Shown here one piece after another: positions 20,935 through 33,811 of a stretch of 64,000 nucleotides of DNA (positions within the stretch are counted from its first letter, which is position 1; every line of letters begins with the position of its first letter). The notes below the pieces were generated by a model that was given only the letters and a program-made list of their open reading frames with translations, ran no database searches and was not told where the DNA came from. Source of the DNA: Bugula neritina (lineage: Eukaryota; Animalia; Bryozoa); assembly GCA_964035545.1 (NCBI GenBank), contig OZ037771.1, positions 693,628 through 757,627 of the forward strand. The letters are read 5' to 3'. A program made the position numbers and the translations under genes.

Positions 20935-21251
20935 GTTAGTTCTAGCCCAGTATGTAATGTAGGGGAGGGGGGTTAGTTCTAGCCCAGTATGTAATGTAGG
21001 GGAGGGGGGTGTTAGTTCTAGCCCAGTATGTGATGTAGGAGGGGGTTGTTAGTTCTAGCCCAGTATGTGATGTAGGAGGGGGGGGGGGGTGTTAGTTCTA
21101 GCCCAGTATGTGATGTAGGAGGGGGGTGTTAGTTCTAGCCCAGTATGTGATGTAGGAGGGGGGGGGTGTTAGCTCTAGCCCAGTATGTGATGTAGGAGGG
21201 GGGGGGGGTGTTAGCTCTAGCCCAGTATGTGATGTAGGAGGGTGGGGGGTG
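20935..21251. repeat. G-tract minisatellite (GTTAGTTCTAGCCCAGTATGTGATGTAGGA-Gn-T)
   Basis: About 8 copies with variable poly-G. Confidence 0.9.
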
Positions 21252-22089
21252 TCAGTAGATGTGACCAAGCAGACAGTTACCTGATCACCTCAAGGCTCAA
21301 ACTATTGAGTTTCGGTCAGTCAGTACTTTAATGAATTATTTAGTATTTGAGCTTTCAGTACAAATTTGTAAAAACAAACTACTTCTGTATGCATAGTGCT
21401 TTAATGAAAGCCCACAGAGACTGTGTACAATAAATGATGTGAGGGTATTCAGTTTCTACACTTGGCACAGAGCAAATTATTGTACACTTTTATTGTTAAT
21501 GTTGAAATTGAAAGCTGCATACACTGCAGAAACTTGAAAAGATGAACTATTTCTGAGAGTACTCGATGTCTACAGAACTTGATGTCTTAAGGAACTAAAG
21601 AATTCCAATTTTATTTTTAGTTTCTAATTATTTTTCATGTTAGTGAAGATGGCACAAAACAAGTAAATATTAAGTATTCACATAATATATTTGTACACGA
21701 TAAATAAAAATATATTGTATATTTTGTGCTTCTATTGAGGTAAAAATAACACATATTTCTCACTTACAACATATGAGTGTAGGTTAAAGAGCATATATAA
21801 TTCTGACTTACAGCAAATGAGTGTAGGTTAAAGAGCATATATTCAGACTAGTTTTGAACCCTGAATTGAATAATTTACCACAATATTACAATATGTACGA
21901 CATTACAACAAGAATGTATGATATTACGATATGTATTTATGATATTACGATATGTATGTATGTACGGCACTTAATTTACAATCTCACTTGATGGTGAAAT
22001 ATTTCTGGGATAGAGATGTGCATACAATAATTTCAAATGTTCACAGAAGTATAAACATAACATAATCATAAAATGAAATATTCTTATAA

Positions 22090-25000
22090 CTATGCAGTCC
22101 AAGCAGTGGCCGAGTAGCCTTTCTCTTGGTAGTCTTTATACACATCGGGGTACTCTGCACCCCACCCCTTACTCTGTCTACTCATGGCTTCTCGCTGCTT
22201 CTCTTTATTATCCTTCTTACGTTCCAACAGAGCTGAACCGGCTGAGGCTGAGTCGCCCAAAGCCCTCCTGGACTTACTCTTGGTCTGCAGCACCGGAACC
22301 ATCGTGTTACTGACGAACACAGCCCGAGTTGCTTGAGCTCTGCTATAGAAAATGGCTGCCGGTGAGCAACCATCTGGCTCTTCGTAATTCATTGCGGCGT
22401 AGATTTGCTGAGTCACATGACTGACGGTGGCTGGGGCAGCGTCGACGTGCATGTAATCAAAGTCTGCTGCTGCATTGTCGTAACTCTTCACCGTGAAGGA
22501 AGTGTCCTCGGGGTGGAGGTGTCTGTAGTGGTCCCGTAACTCCACAGTGATGCGAGTAATGAAGTCACACAAGTGGCAGTGATACAGTTTTTTAGGTTTG
22601 ACAGGGGGAGGACAACTCCAATGCAAGGCGCTGCTCTCATTGTTGATGTGGATGTTAGTGATGTGACTAGTGACGGTGCGTCTCTCAACGCAGACAAACC
22701 CACACAACTTACACTTGTACTTAGGGGCAATATACCCATCCACCCGCATGGTGGTGGAGATTATGAAGTCCTTTGCAGCGGGCATGTGGGAGTTAAGTCC
22801 CCTGTATAAGCTGGTAAACTTCTGATACTCCTCTTCTCTCTTATTATGAGTGACTTGAGGCTCGACATCACGCGACAGCAGACTATCTCCGCTGCCTTCC
22901 ACTGGCTGAGCGACTTCCTGAGAGACAGACGGGTGGACGGACTTGACATGAGCGGCCAGGTTGTCCTGGTCCCGGGTCGTGTAGTAGCACTTGTCACAGC
23001 TGAATATCCTCGGCAACTTCCTCTTATGTGTGATGTCATCTCGGTGCTTCTGGCTGTCCACGCTGCTCCTATGTTTCATTACCACTTCCGGCTCAGCGCT
23101 GCGGCTTTCTGTCGACTGGAGTCGTCTTTTCTTCAACTTAGAGACTGGTGACATCACATCCTGGACGGAGCTCTCAGTCTGGACAGGAAGTGGTTTGGAC
23201 TCAGCAGAGCTGGAAAGAGATTTAGACTTGGCAGAGCTGGGCAGAGATCTAGACTTGGCAGCACGTCTGATGTTGGCGGCTGTGCCGACGTAAGACTTGA
23301 GTATGGAGAGGTCGTCAATCTTGTGCTTACCCCGCAGATGGCGGTAGATGTTGCTCATGTTGTTGGTACTGAATGGGCATATCCTGCAGAAGTACGGCCG
23401 GTGCCCTTTGTGTATGTTCATATGCTGCCGCATGCGAGTCATAAACAGCGCCGTGTACGAACACAAGTGACACTTTATCAATTTGGGAACTTTGTTGACA
23501 TTTCGAGCCTCGTGGAGTTTCCTGTGATTCTGGAGCCAGTGCTCGTGCTCCGACGAGAAGTCACACTGCTCGCACTTGTACGTGCCGACGTGGCGAGTCA
23601 AGTGTGTGGTGTATTCCTCCTCTGTGGAGAACTCCAGTCGGCACTTGGCGCAGTGGAACTTCTCCCAGCCGGCAGGGTTGCCACGGTTACTGCTGACACT
23701 AGGGGAGCTCTCGGAGCTCTGAGGTATGATTACTTCTTCACTGACTGTCTTTACAGGAGACGGAGTGCCTTGGGAGCAGACGTGAGTCTTCCATTCACTC
23801 AGCAGCTTAGTTCTAAAAAGAAATGCAAACTATACATCTATTTATCTATACATCTATTTATCTATACATCTATATATCCATACATCTATATATCTATATA
23901 CATCTATATATCTATACATCTATATATCTATACATCTATATATCTATATATCTATACATCCATACATCTATACCTCTATATACATCTATATATCTATACA
24001 TCTATACCTCTGTATACATCTATATATCTACACATCTATATATCTATACATCTATATATCTATACATCTATACATCTATACCTCTATATACATCTATATA
24101 CATCTATATATATCTATACAGTATATTTCTGGCTATAATTCTGGTCAGAGTAACAGCTATACGATTCCAAATTATATTATCAACTCTCTCTTTATGTAAA
24201 GTATTTACACTGAAATACCTTTTATTTTTATTGTTAAGAGTTGAATTATATGAAATAAACGAATAATCTAAAGGAGCACCTAAAGTCACAGTCATCACAA
24301 ATATACTCTCCATCATCCTCTCCGTCACTCTCTTCTTCTACTTTGTCTTTGGAGGTAGAAATCAGTCCCATAACGTGTTGCTAAGGTGATGAAACAAACA
24401 TATAAACAACCTATGCTTTTAAAGATCAACATTAAAACGTACAAATTATATAACTGCATATAGATGAGAAAGGATATAGAAAACGTGGCCACTAGTACAC
24501 ACAGTTCTTAGAGTATGTAGAGAGTAAGTGTAGAGTATGTGTAGAGTAAATGTAGAGTAAGTGTAGAGAGTAAGTGTAGAGTATGTGTAGAGTAAATGTA
24601 GAGTAAGTGTAGATTAAGTGTAGAGTAAGTGTAGAATAAGTGTAGAGTAAGTGTAGAATAAGTGTAGAGTAAGTGTAGAGTAAGTGTAGAGTAAGTGCAG
24701 AGTAAGTGTAGAGTAAGTGCATAGTAAGTGTAGAGTAAGTGTAGAGTAAGTGTAGAGTAAGTGCATAGTAAATGTAGAGTAAGTGCATAGTAAGTGTAGA
24801 GTAAGTGTATAGTAAGTGTAGAGTAAATGTAGAGTAAGTGCATAGTAAGTGTAGAGTAAGTGTAGAGTAAATGTAGAGTAAGTGCATAGTAAGTGTAAAG
24901 TGTAGAGTAAATGTAGAGTAAGTGCATAGTAAGTGTAGAGTAAGTGTAGAGTAAGTGTAGAGTAAGTGTAGAGAATGTGGTACAATACCTCTACATGCAG

Positions 25001-28000
25001 GTTGTACTGCTTCTTATCCACAGTCATGTAGTTGCACATGGCACACTTCTTGATGACGTGCATCTGCTGCACGTGCCTAGTCAACTCGTCCGAGTAGGAT
25101 GTGCGGAAGTTGCAGAGGTTACACTTGAGGTGCCGCGACTCGGCGGTGGTTTTGGCGGTCCCTTTGGGGGCGGTGGTGGTGAGGAAGACAGGGGGTGGTC
25201 TCTTGTGTACACTCCTGTAGTGTCTCTTCATCACGTCGTTAGCCAATGAGGAGAAAGCACACAGAGTGCAGTGATACCGAGGCAGATGTTTGAGCTGGTG
25301 CAGACGCCACTGTCTATCCCCGTCTGTGCTGAAGTCACACTCGCCACAGTAGTACCTCTTCTCTGTCAGGTCTGCACCAGACAGGTCAAGGTTGACTGCG
25401 GGGGTCTCTGCGGGAGTCTTTGTAGGCGTCTCTGCGGGCGTCTCCAACGTTTCAACTGCTGGCTCTGGCTCCTCCCGGGCAGGAAGTTCAGGAACGAGTG
25501 AGACGGGCGGAGAGCCGAACTGTTGCTTGTGTTTGTTAGTAGCAATGGCCGGACAGATGGTGGACTTGGAGGATGCGCAGTGTGTGGGTGTGCAGTGCTC
25601 GTGATCGTGTCGCAGGCGGTAGTGTCTGTTCATGTTACTCGAGTGATTGCTAGTGTAGAAACACTCTTTATAAGTACATGTGTACTTAGCTTCCCCAGTG
25701 TGTGTTTGGATGTGGAAAGCCAACTGCTTGTTTGTTTTGAAGCCCTTCTCTTTGCAGTAGCTGCACTGGAACGGGGGCAGATCTTTGTGCACTGTTGAGT
25801 GAATCTCCATACCCAGCTTCTGATTGGTGGAGAACTTACAGAGGAGACATTTCATTCGCTTTTGAGCATGTGGCAGCTCAAACAGGTTCTTCTTCACACC
25901 GTCGACGTTTATAGAAGTGAAAGGCTGCCCAGCCTCCTCGGAGCTGCCTACAGCGGAAGCAGCTCCATCATCAAACTGGTAGTTGGGGAGAAGAGCCAGA
26001 CTGCCGTCTTTCAGATGAGTGTTGGTGTGCCAGTTGATGGAGTCGGGGGTGAGAAATCCCCCCTTACCGCAGGCCCAACATGAGTACGGGGGAGTCTTCT
26101 TGTGGACGATGGAGTGAATGGCCACTATGACCTCGCTCTCACTGCAGAACTCACAGGAAGCGCAGCGGTACCGGGATGGAGAGAGCGTGCCTTGAGAGAT
26201 GGGTATGACCCCGTTGTGTTTCAGTCTATAGTGACGGTTCATGTTGCTGGAGTGGTTGCTGGTGTAGGAGCAGTTAGCGTGTGAGCAGGAGAACTTGTTC
26301 TCTCCAGTGTGACTCTGTATGTGCAGGTTGAGCTTCTTGATGGAGCTGAATGGTCCACTGCCGCAGACGTTGCAGGTGAAAGGGGCAGCGCCCTTGTGCA
26401 CCACAGAGTGGATCTGCAGCGCCACACGGTGGCTGTTGGCGAAGGAGCAGAGGAGACACTTGAACTTGCCGGTGGTGAAGAACTCCTTCAGATGCTGCTC
26501 ATTGTGCTGCCTGATCTCTGAGCATGTCCTCCCTACGAACCGACACCCCTCCCTGCAACAGTACGCACAGTATACAACAGTAGGCACAGTATACAACAGT
26601 AGGTACAGTATACAACAGTAGGCACAGTATACAACAGTAGGCACAGTATACAACAGTACGCACAATATACAACAGTACGCACAGTATACAACAGTAGGCA
26701 CAGTATACAACAGTACCCACAGACTCCCCCCCCCCACACACACAGACTGAGTGGTCAGACAACTCCCACACACTGATACACAGTCACAATAATAAGCTGT
26801 ATATAAGAGATAAGTTGTATATAAGAGATAAGTTGTATATAAGAGATAAGTTGTATATAAGAGATAAGTTGTATATAAGAGATAAGTTGTATATAAGAGA
26901 TAAGTTGTATATAAGAGATGAGTTGTATATAAGAGATAAGTTGTATATAAGAGATAAGTTGTATATAAGAGATAAGCTGTATATAAGAGATGAGTTGTAT
27001 ATAAGAGATAAGCTGTATATAAGAGATAAGCTGTATATAAGAGATGAGTTGTATATAAGAGATAAGCTGTATATAAGAGATAAGCTGTATATAAGAGATG
27101 AGTTGTATATAAGAGATAAGTTGTATATAAGAGATGAGTTGTATATAAGAGATAAGTTGTATATAAGAGATGAGCTGTATATAAGAGATAAGCTGTATAT
27201 AAGAGATAAGTTGTATATAAGAGATAAGCTGTAACACTCACTTGTGACAGAGGTACTTCTTCTTCCCACCAGATGAGTAAATAGTCTCGTACTCATTGGA
27301 TCCACTGGTATCCATGAACATATCTTCATGACTACTGTTACCATAGTTACTGTTACCGTGGTTACTGTTACCGTGGTGACTGTTGGCATGACTGCTGTTA
27401 CCGTGGTTACCGCTAGCCTTAATGGGGCTACTCTGCAACAGGAACTCACTAAACAAGGGGTGGTCGAACTGAGAAGTGAAGAGAGACTGCTCGCGGCTCA
27501 GGTTAAACCTTTCACTGTTCCTCAGCTGTTCCCGGGGCCTGAGTCGCCCACCGCTCTTAGTACCTTCCGCACTAGCGGGTGGTTGGCCCGCCCTGCCTTG
27601 CTTGTTTGTAGAGTTAGTGTCTGTAGGTGATCTGGTCGTGTCCCTTGCTTCAATAATAATATCTTCTGGCTCGTCCACACTGGAACAGTTGTTCTCTAAA
27701 ACCACAACACCATCAAGCCTAAACCAATCAAATCAATTCATTAAATCAAATAACTTAGTTAAGAAATATATTACACGTATATATCTATCATAATCTCATG
27801 CTATTCAAACTTTTAACCAACCGACCTGGCGACGACACGTGGAAGCTCTCGCACTCTACGCTAGCTGTTTCATCACTTCCTGTGCGACCTCCGGCGGTGT
27901 TCAAGGACATAATAGAGGACACAGTGTTGACCTTCTCTATGATCAGCTCACACCCGTCATTCTCCGCTGCTATTGGCTCGGGGCCATCTTCCGGACAAGT

Positions 28001-31000
28001 GGAGTCGGGAACAGAGCTGACAGCATTTCCTGTGTCCGGCTCGTCTACGTCGTCTACGACTATCACCGACCGGGGCTGGGGCTGACTGACTTGCTGTTGA
28101 GTCTGATACAACATCCTCTCCATCTGAAATCACCACCAGCACACCAAGTTAAAGTAAAGAGGCTAATGTAGATCTCGTAGTCACATGAGGGGCATTGCTC
28201 CCCCCCCCTACTCAAGGGATGACACACTCAGCTATGCTAGTCTCAGAGCCTATCGTCTGTATGGTGCTGTTGTACAGAAGCAGCAATGTAGGCTGGAAAC
28301 TCTGACCAATTCTATTGGCTAGCATGCCATCATCATTTGTAAGGAGACTTTTCATTGGCTAATTTACTGTTGCTGTCGGCAAGAGCAGCTCTATACACTG
28401 GCAGCAAATGCGAAAAGCCATATAATTGGATAAACTACAACACTCACCGGGTGCACGTTGTGAGGGTAACCGTGACTAGCTGTGGGCAGTACAACTGGTA
28501 TGAGATCTGTAGGCTCCGCCTTCACCTGCTTCAACCCCTCCTTCTCAAAGCGGATCTCCTTAGACTTAGGATCAAACATTAGTGTACTGGACTCTTCATC
28601 AGCCCCCTCTAGACACTACATACACACAATATAGTCACTCAGCTACATCTTATACTAAACAATTTAGGATAATAAAATGCATGGAAACACCTTGTCCAAG
28701 AATTTAGACTTTATATTTCAATATGTTATGGTTTTAGTTAATCGTAGTTAGTAGTCATTACTATACACCATAGCAATAGCAGGTAACACGAACTAGCTTA
28801 CCTGCGTGTCAATTTTCCTGGGCTTTTGCTTCTTCCTACCTTTGCAATGACCTGTAAGCAAAGTCTAGATGAAAAACACCATCATGAATAGTGTGCATGT
28901 AGAGGTCACTAACATAAAGGGGAGATACAGCAGACTATTTGGTCTTATCATTGTAGCTACTAACATAAAGGGGAGATACAGCAGACTATTTGGTCTTATC
29001 ATTGTACTTACTAACATAAAGGGGAGATAATGAATACTCACTAGACTGTTTCTCTGAATGGTCCAGTGAATCAGATGACTGGCGACTAGACGGTACTGGC
29101 CAAGGATAACCTTGAGGTGTTGACCTTTGTGGCAGCGGGTGTTGGGGCATCATGTGAGGGGGTATATTGTGAGGGGGCATAGCATGAGGGGGCATGGCAT
29201 GAGGGGGTATGGTGTGAGGGGCCATAGGATGAGTAGACATACTATGAGGGGCGATACTATGAGGGGGTATATGATGAGAAGACATACTATGAGGGGGTAA
29301 GTTGGCCGGGGCCATGCTGTGAGGGGGGAGATTAGGAAACATCGGATAAGATGGTTGGTAGGGTGATGGGTATGGGGAGCCAAAGTAGTTTGCTGGAGGT
29401 ATCCATGGGGGATGTTGGCCCCGGGGGACATGGGGTCTCTACAAAACATGAGTAAGATGAGTACTACTACTACTAGTACTACTACTAGTACTACTACTAC
29501 TACTACTACTACTAGTACTACTACTAGTACTACTACTACTACTACTACTAGTACTACTACTAGTACTCTTACTACTGCTAGTATTACTGATGTCTAACCA
29601 CAGTTAGTATATAGATCACTGATGTCCAACAAAAGCCAATATATAGTTAAGGCAACTGTTGGTGAAGATCAGTGGCACATAAAGTCATGATGCAACAGAA
29701 TAAATCTGATAGAGTTTGACTCAGTGATTGACATTGCTTTCCTCTTAAATAATTTGAATAATACTGACCCCAGGGGAGAGGCCAGGATTGAGTCTATGAT
29801 CACCTGGATAACCGGACTCACCGACACCACCGCCCATCTGAAAATAAACACAAACTAAGTAGAGAACTTATGGACACAGTCTGCTGTGTTAATAGCCAGA
29901 ACTAGCTACTTGCCCCTGGTAACATTACATGCAATATCTTATAACACATCTACTCTACTAATAAAACCATATTGATTGCTACTGATAAAACAGTTGTGAC
30001 AGCTAAAATTCCAATTTAAAAACAATGTTCAGTTTTATAAAAACATTTGACAAATAATATACATATTTCTATAACTTCATTCGAGCTTATATCAATATTG
30101 ATAGATTGAGTGATTGATGCAGCTCACCCAAGGAAATATGGAAATGATAACATAATTGTTATTCTATTTCTCAACACAGTGCAAGTGAGTGATATTGTTA
30201 GTAGACTTAGTAATGAATGAGCAAGGCTATTAGAGTCCGTCATGCTTCAGTGAATAGATAATTAGTGTATTTAGATGAATAGCTCTGGGAATAACAATCA
30301 GTTGGACTAGCCAAGTGATTATAAGTAATGAAATAATGTTCATTTCATATGATTGTATTAGAGATAATCAATCACCACCAGAGATATGTTGATAGCTGTG
30401 CTGGTAAACGAGCCACTACATGATTATCATAGCAGAGTCTAGCATTATGTTATCACTATGAATATGCTAAGCTATGAGCTGCCAAATCAACCAACTTTTT
30501 GTGTTTATCTAGTATTTAATGAGTCCCTGACACACTTTATTCAAGCGGTATTAAAATATTTATACATATTTTAGCTATCACCTATATACTGTTTGAGGGT
30601 TGTATGCTCCAGCAATTTTGTTTTAAAGTAAACGCTATTTATTGCCGGGTTTTCATTGCAAGCTCCTCCTAGCAGCTGTAACACCCAGCCTTATCACTGA
30701 GCTGGTTTGAACATTTTAATTAAAGTTGTTAACATTTAAACAAATACAACTTACTAAAAATAACAGTAGACTCTACTTATTTGGTGTTAGAGCTTACTTA
30801 TCATTGCTGCGACAGCACACAACTATTTTGATACTGTATAGTAAAAATTTGCCAACTAACAACTTTTGTAGCATTAGTTACTTCCATAAAATACTTATTA
30901 AATTTTTTACGTTGCAAAATTGCAGGGAATTAGCCCAACTTGAACTAGCTTCAGCAATTGAACTTTAAGTTTTTAGTAATTTCATTTAAGCCAAAACCTA

Positions 31001-31164
31001 CCTACTTATAAGACTGAGGCCCATTGACAAACCCACCTGAGTATAAGCCTGGAACTCATTGACAAACCCACCTGAGTATAAGGCTGAGGCCAATTGAAAA
31101 GATGAGAAAACCTGTTGGCCACGTCATCTCTCCTCTGACTGCGAGCATTAGAAAATGGATCCAT
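22090..31164 (-). CDS. Large multi-C2H2 zinc-finger protein with Pro/His-rich N-terminus
   Basis: Exons 31072-31164 (MDPFSNARSQ..), 29769-29837, ~29042-29438, ~28802-28851, ~28449-28608, ~27823-28123, 27242-~27718, 24989-26552, ~24280-24381, 22090-23812. Roughly 20 CxxC-x12-HxxxH fingers, some with HTGE linkers. Confidence 0.88.
23830..24120. repeat. Intronic (TATACATCTATA)-type short tandem repeat
   Basis: Degenerate 10-14-bp units next to the last zinc-finger acceptor. Confidence 0.88.
24510..24972. repeat. 11-bp intronic minisatellite (GTAGAGTAAGT)n
   Basis: About 40 copies. Confidence 0.93.
26557..27232. repeat. Two different minisatellites filling one intron: 19-bp (CAGTATACAACAGTAGGCA)n at 26557-26716 and 18-bp (GTATATAAGAGATAAGTT)n at 26793-27232
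   Basis: One array abuts the acceptor and the other the donor of intron 26553-27241. Confidence 0.92.
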
Positions 31165-31734
31165 TATCTACTTTTAGTCACATCTAAAAGTAAATACAAA
31201 CAGACTGAATAATAACAGGCCAGAGAGAGTGTCAAATGTCTATTACTGTAACTCAAACTGATTTTCAATGTATAGTTATTTAATGTTGCGGTGGCTGAAC
31301 TTTAAATTTACTTAAAAATTAATTTTCAACTTTGAATATGATTAACTACAACTAGTGAGAAGTTTACCAATAGACTAGCTTTAAGTTTAAATCAAGAACC
31401 ACATACACATTGACATGGTGTCATGCTGGTATCATTAATTTTATAGTTTCACTTTATAGGGTAATCATCTTACGATTAAGTCTAATAGTTTATACTTATA
31501 CTGATATAAATACAACAAATACAATAGGTAATAGTCAATAACTATAAGATTTAGTATTTACTTTCAGGAACAGTAACAGTAACTTCATGGTATTACTATT
31601 AATCACAGTATCAGAGGGCAAAGTGAAATTAAAGATTTTGAGTTTAGGCCTGTTAATAATGTTAATAATAACATATAGCTTTAGCTTTGGGCTTAAGACT
31701 AAGAATAAAAGTAAATATATAACTAGTACCATAG

Positions 31735-31960
31735 TAGTAGCAGTCCCTGTCTAGGGGTTTAAGCATTTGCTAGTGAGCATGAAGTCATGGGTTCAAACCC
31801 CCGACAAAGGCCATTGGTGATGTTAGGAAGAGCATCCAGTCATAATTGATCCTGTGCCCCATCTGAATAATTCTTTAGCCCGATTTAACAAAAACCCCTT
31901 CCATTAGGGGTTTTCTCACAGGAATGGTGACTATAAACTTGCGTGAGTTGTAGTAGACGT
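31735..31960 (+). mobile_element. Degenerate tRNA-derived SINE-like element
   Basis: Box-B-like GGTTCAAACCC (~31789), downstream GTTAGGAAGAGCATCCAG resembling a recalled invertebrate SINE body motif, hairpin AAAACCCCT..AGGGGTTTT, and GTAGTAG at both ends. Family not verified. Confidence 0.45.
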
Positions 31961-33811
31961 AGTACAGGTACTAGTACTCCTTATCATACTTAAATCCTAA
32001 CTTTATACTAAACTCTAAAGTAAAGTAAAGTAAAAACAAACCAAAGTTAAAGTTAAAGTATCTGTATACACTATGACTATACTTATTTTAATTCAACTAT
32101 AAGATTAAGTATAATATTATTAATAATTATTGCATCAACATCAAGTGCAAAATGACTAAGAAAATCAAAATATAATTATTGCATCAACATTAAGTGCAAA
32201 ATGAGACTAAGAGCATTAAATCTAATAGTAATAGTAGTAAATCATTCAAGGATCCATGAGTTAAAATAACGGGCGTTGCTAATAGAAATATTAATTATCA
32301 AATGAATATCAATATGAATAGGAGAGTCTATCAATTATTAATTTGACATAAAAATGAAAATCATGGAATTGGGTTAGTAGAGAGCCTCACTGTTATGAAG
32401 CCAGAATTCAGCTGTTAGCTATGGTATTTCGCACTATATTCATGTCGGTTGATATGATTAGGAATTTGGTTTACAGAAAACTAGCCCGGCTTATGATTGG
32501 CAGTTTCAATCTTCGATCGACTTGCAATTTATAGCAGTTCAAGTAAATTTATTTCGTATTCAAAGTGAAGCGCACGAACTAGTTTGGTTACGCCTGACTG
32601 GTGTTCATTTAGTTTTACTTTTACCCTGTGGATGCAGTAAACTGTAACTGTAATAGCGTTACAATCTAAATCACTACGACTATGCAGACTTACAGTTGGT
32701 GTTACGCTGGCTTGGTCGTATACATTGTAATTTAAACTTAAAGTTAAACTAAAAGTCTCTTTCAAGTTTTAGATTCACACTTCGTGTTTGACTTACAGTT
32801 CCACTACACTCTTACAGTTAGTGAGTTACTGTTAGTGTTACTGATATCCTAACTCTTACTTTTACTCTTAGTCTTAGTCTTACTCTAACTTATAATTTTA
32901 GAGCTACTTATACTGATACTGGCTTTAAGCTACTTACTCTATCACTATAACTAAGAGTTGAAATAAAAATATATGTTTGAGCGTAGCCGTATCAGTTTGT
33001 AAGTTTTAGTTATCATTTTGACAATTTCATCTTATAGTTATTCTTTATTTTGTAATACTAATATTTAAACTTTTACGTTGAATTTAATACTGAAGCAATA
33101 TTGACTCTAGGATTTGAGTATCAGGCTCGTATTAAGTTTAATGAATTAGTTATTGGACTGACTCTGAGTATTGGAATCCGTAGTTAGCCATTTGGTTAAA
33201 CTTATTTGATGTCGCTGACATCTTGAAATTAGTCAATTAATTAAATTTGTTTATTAAATAACTGAAAATTGATAGTTTAGCAATTTTTAACTACATTTGA
33301 CTTTAAATTTTTATCTTAATGTTGGCTGCTGAAACTTATGATGCATTTTAGTGTAACTTTAGCTTACACATAGAGTTCATTTTAATTTTAAAATTGTGAC
33401 TGACCTTTGTCTTAAATTTAGTATTGAATTCAATTTACATTTCAAATTTTACTGTTTGTACATACCAAACTTAATATTATAGTCATCGAGGATTTCCGCT
33501 GCTGTAAGTAACATTTAGGTTTTGTTAGGAATGGAAGTCAGTGAGTTTTCACAATGGAATGATAATTCCAGTAGTATTATTATATAAAATTGCAAAAACA
33601 AATAAATAATTTTCAGTTTTTGTGAATGAAAATTTGTTGAAATCGATAATTTCAGTTGTAAATGAATAAGATAATAAAAATGTATCTTTGCAGTTTTTTA
33701 TTTTCTTTAAATTTAAAATTACTAGCTTTTAAATTGCGTGCTTGCAATACATGTTTTAAAACTTACTCTAAACACTTTAGACATTTTATTCCGGCAGGCC
33801 TTTTGATATAA

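Noticed and set aside
24614-27241. 875-aa ORF as a single coding exon
   Set aside because: Only 24989-26552 is exon. Both ends read through stop-free intronic repeats.
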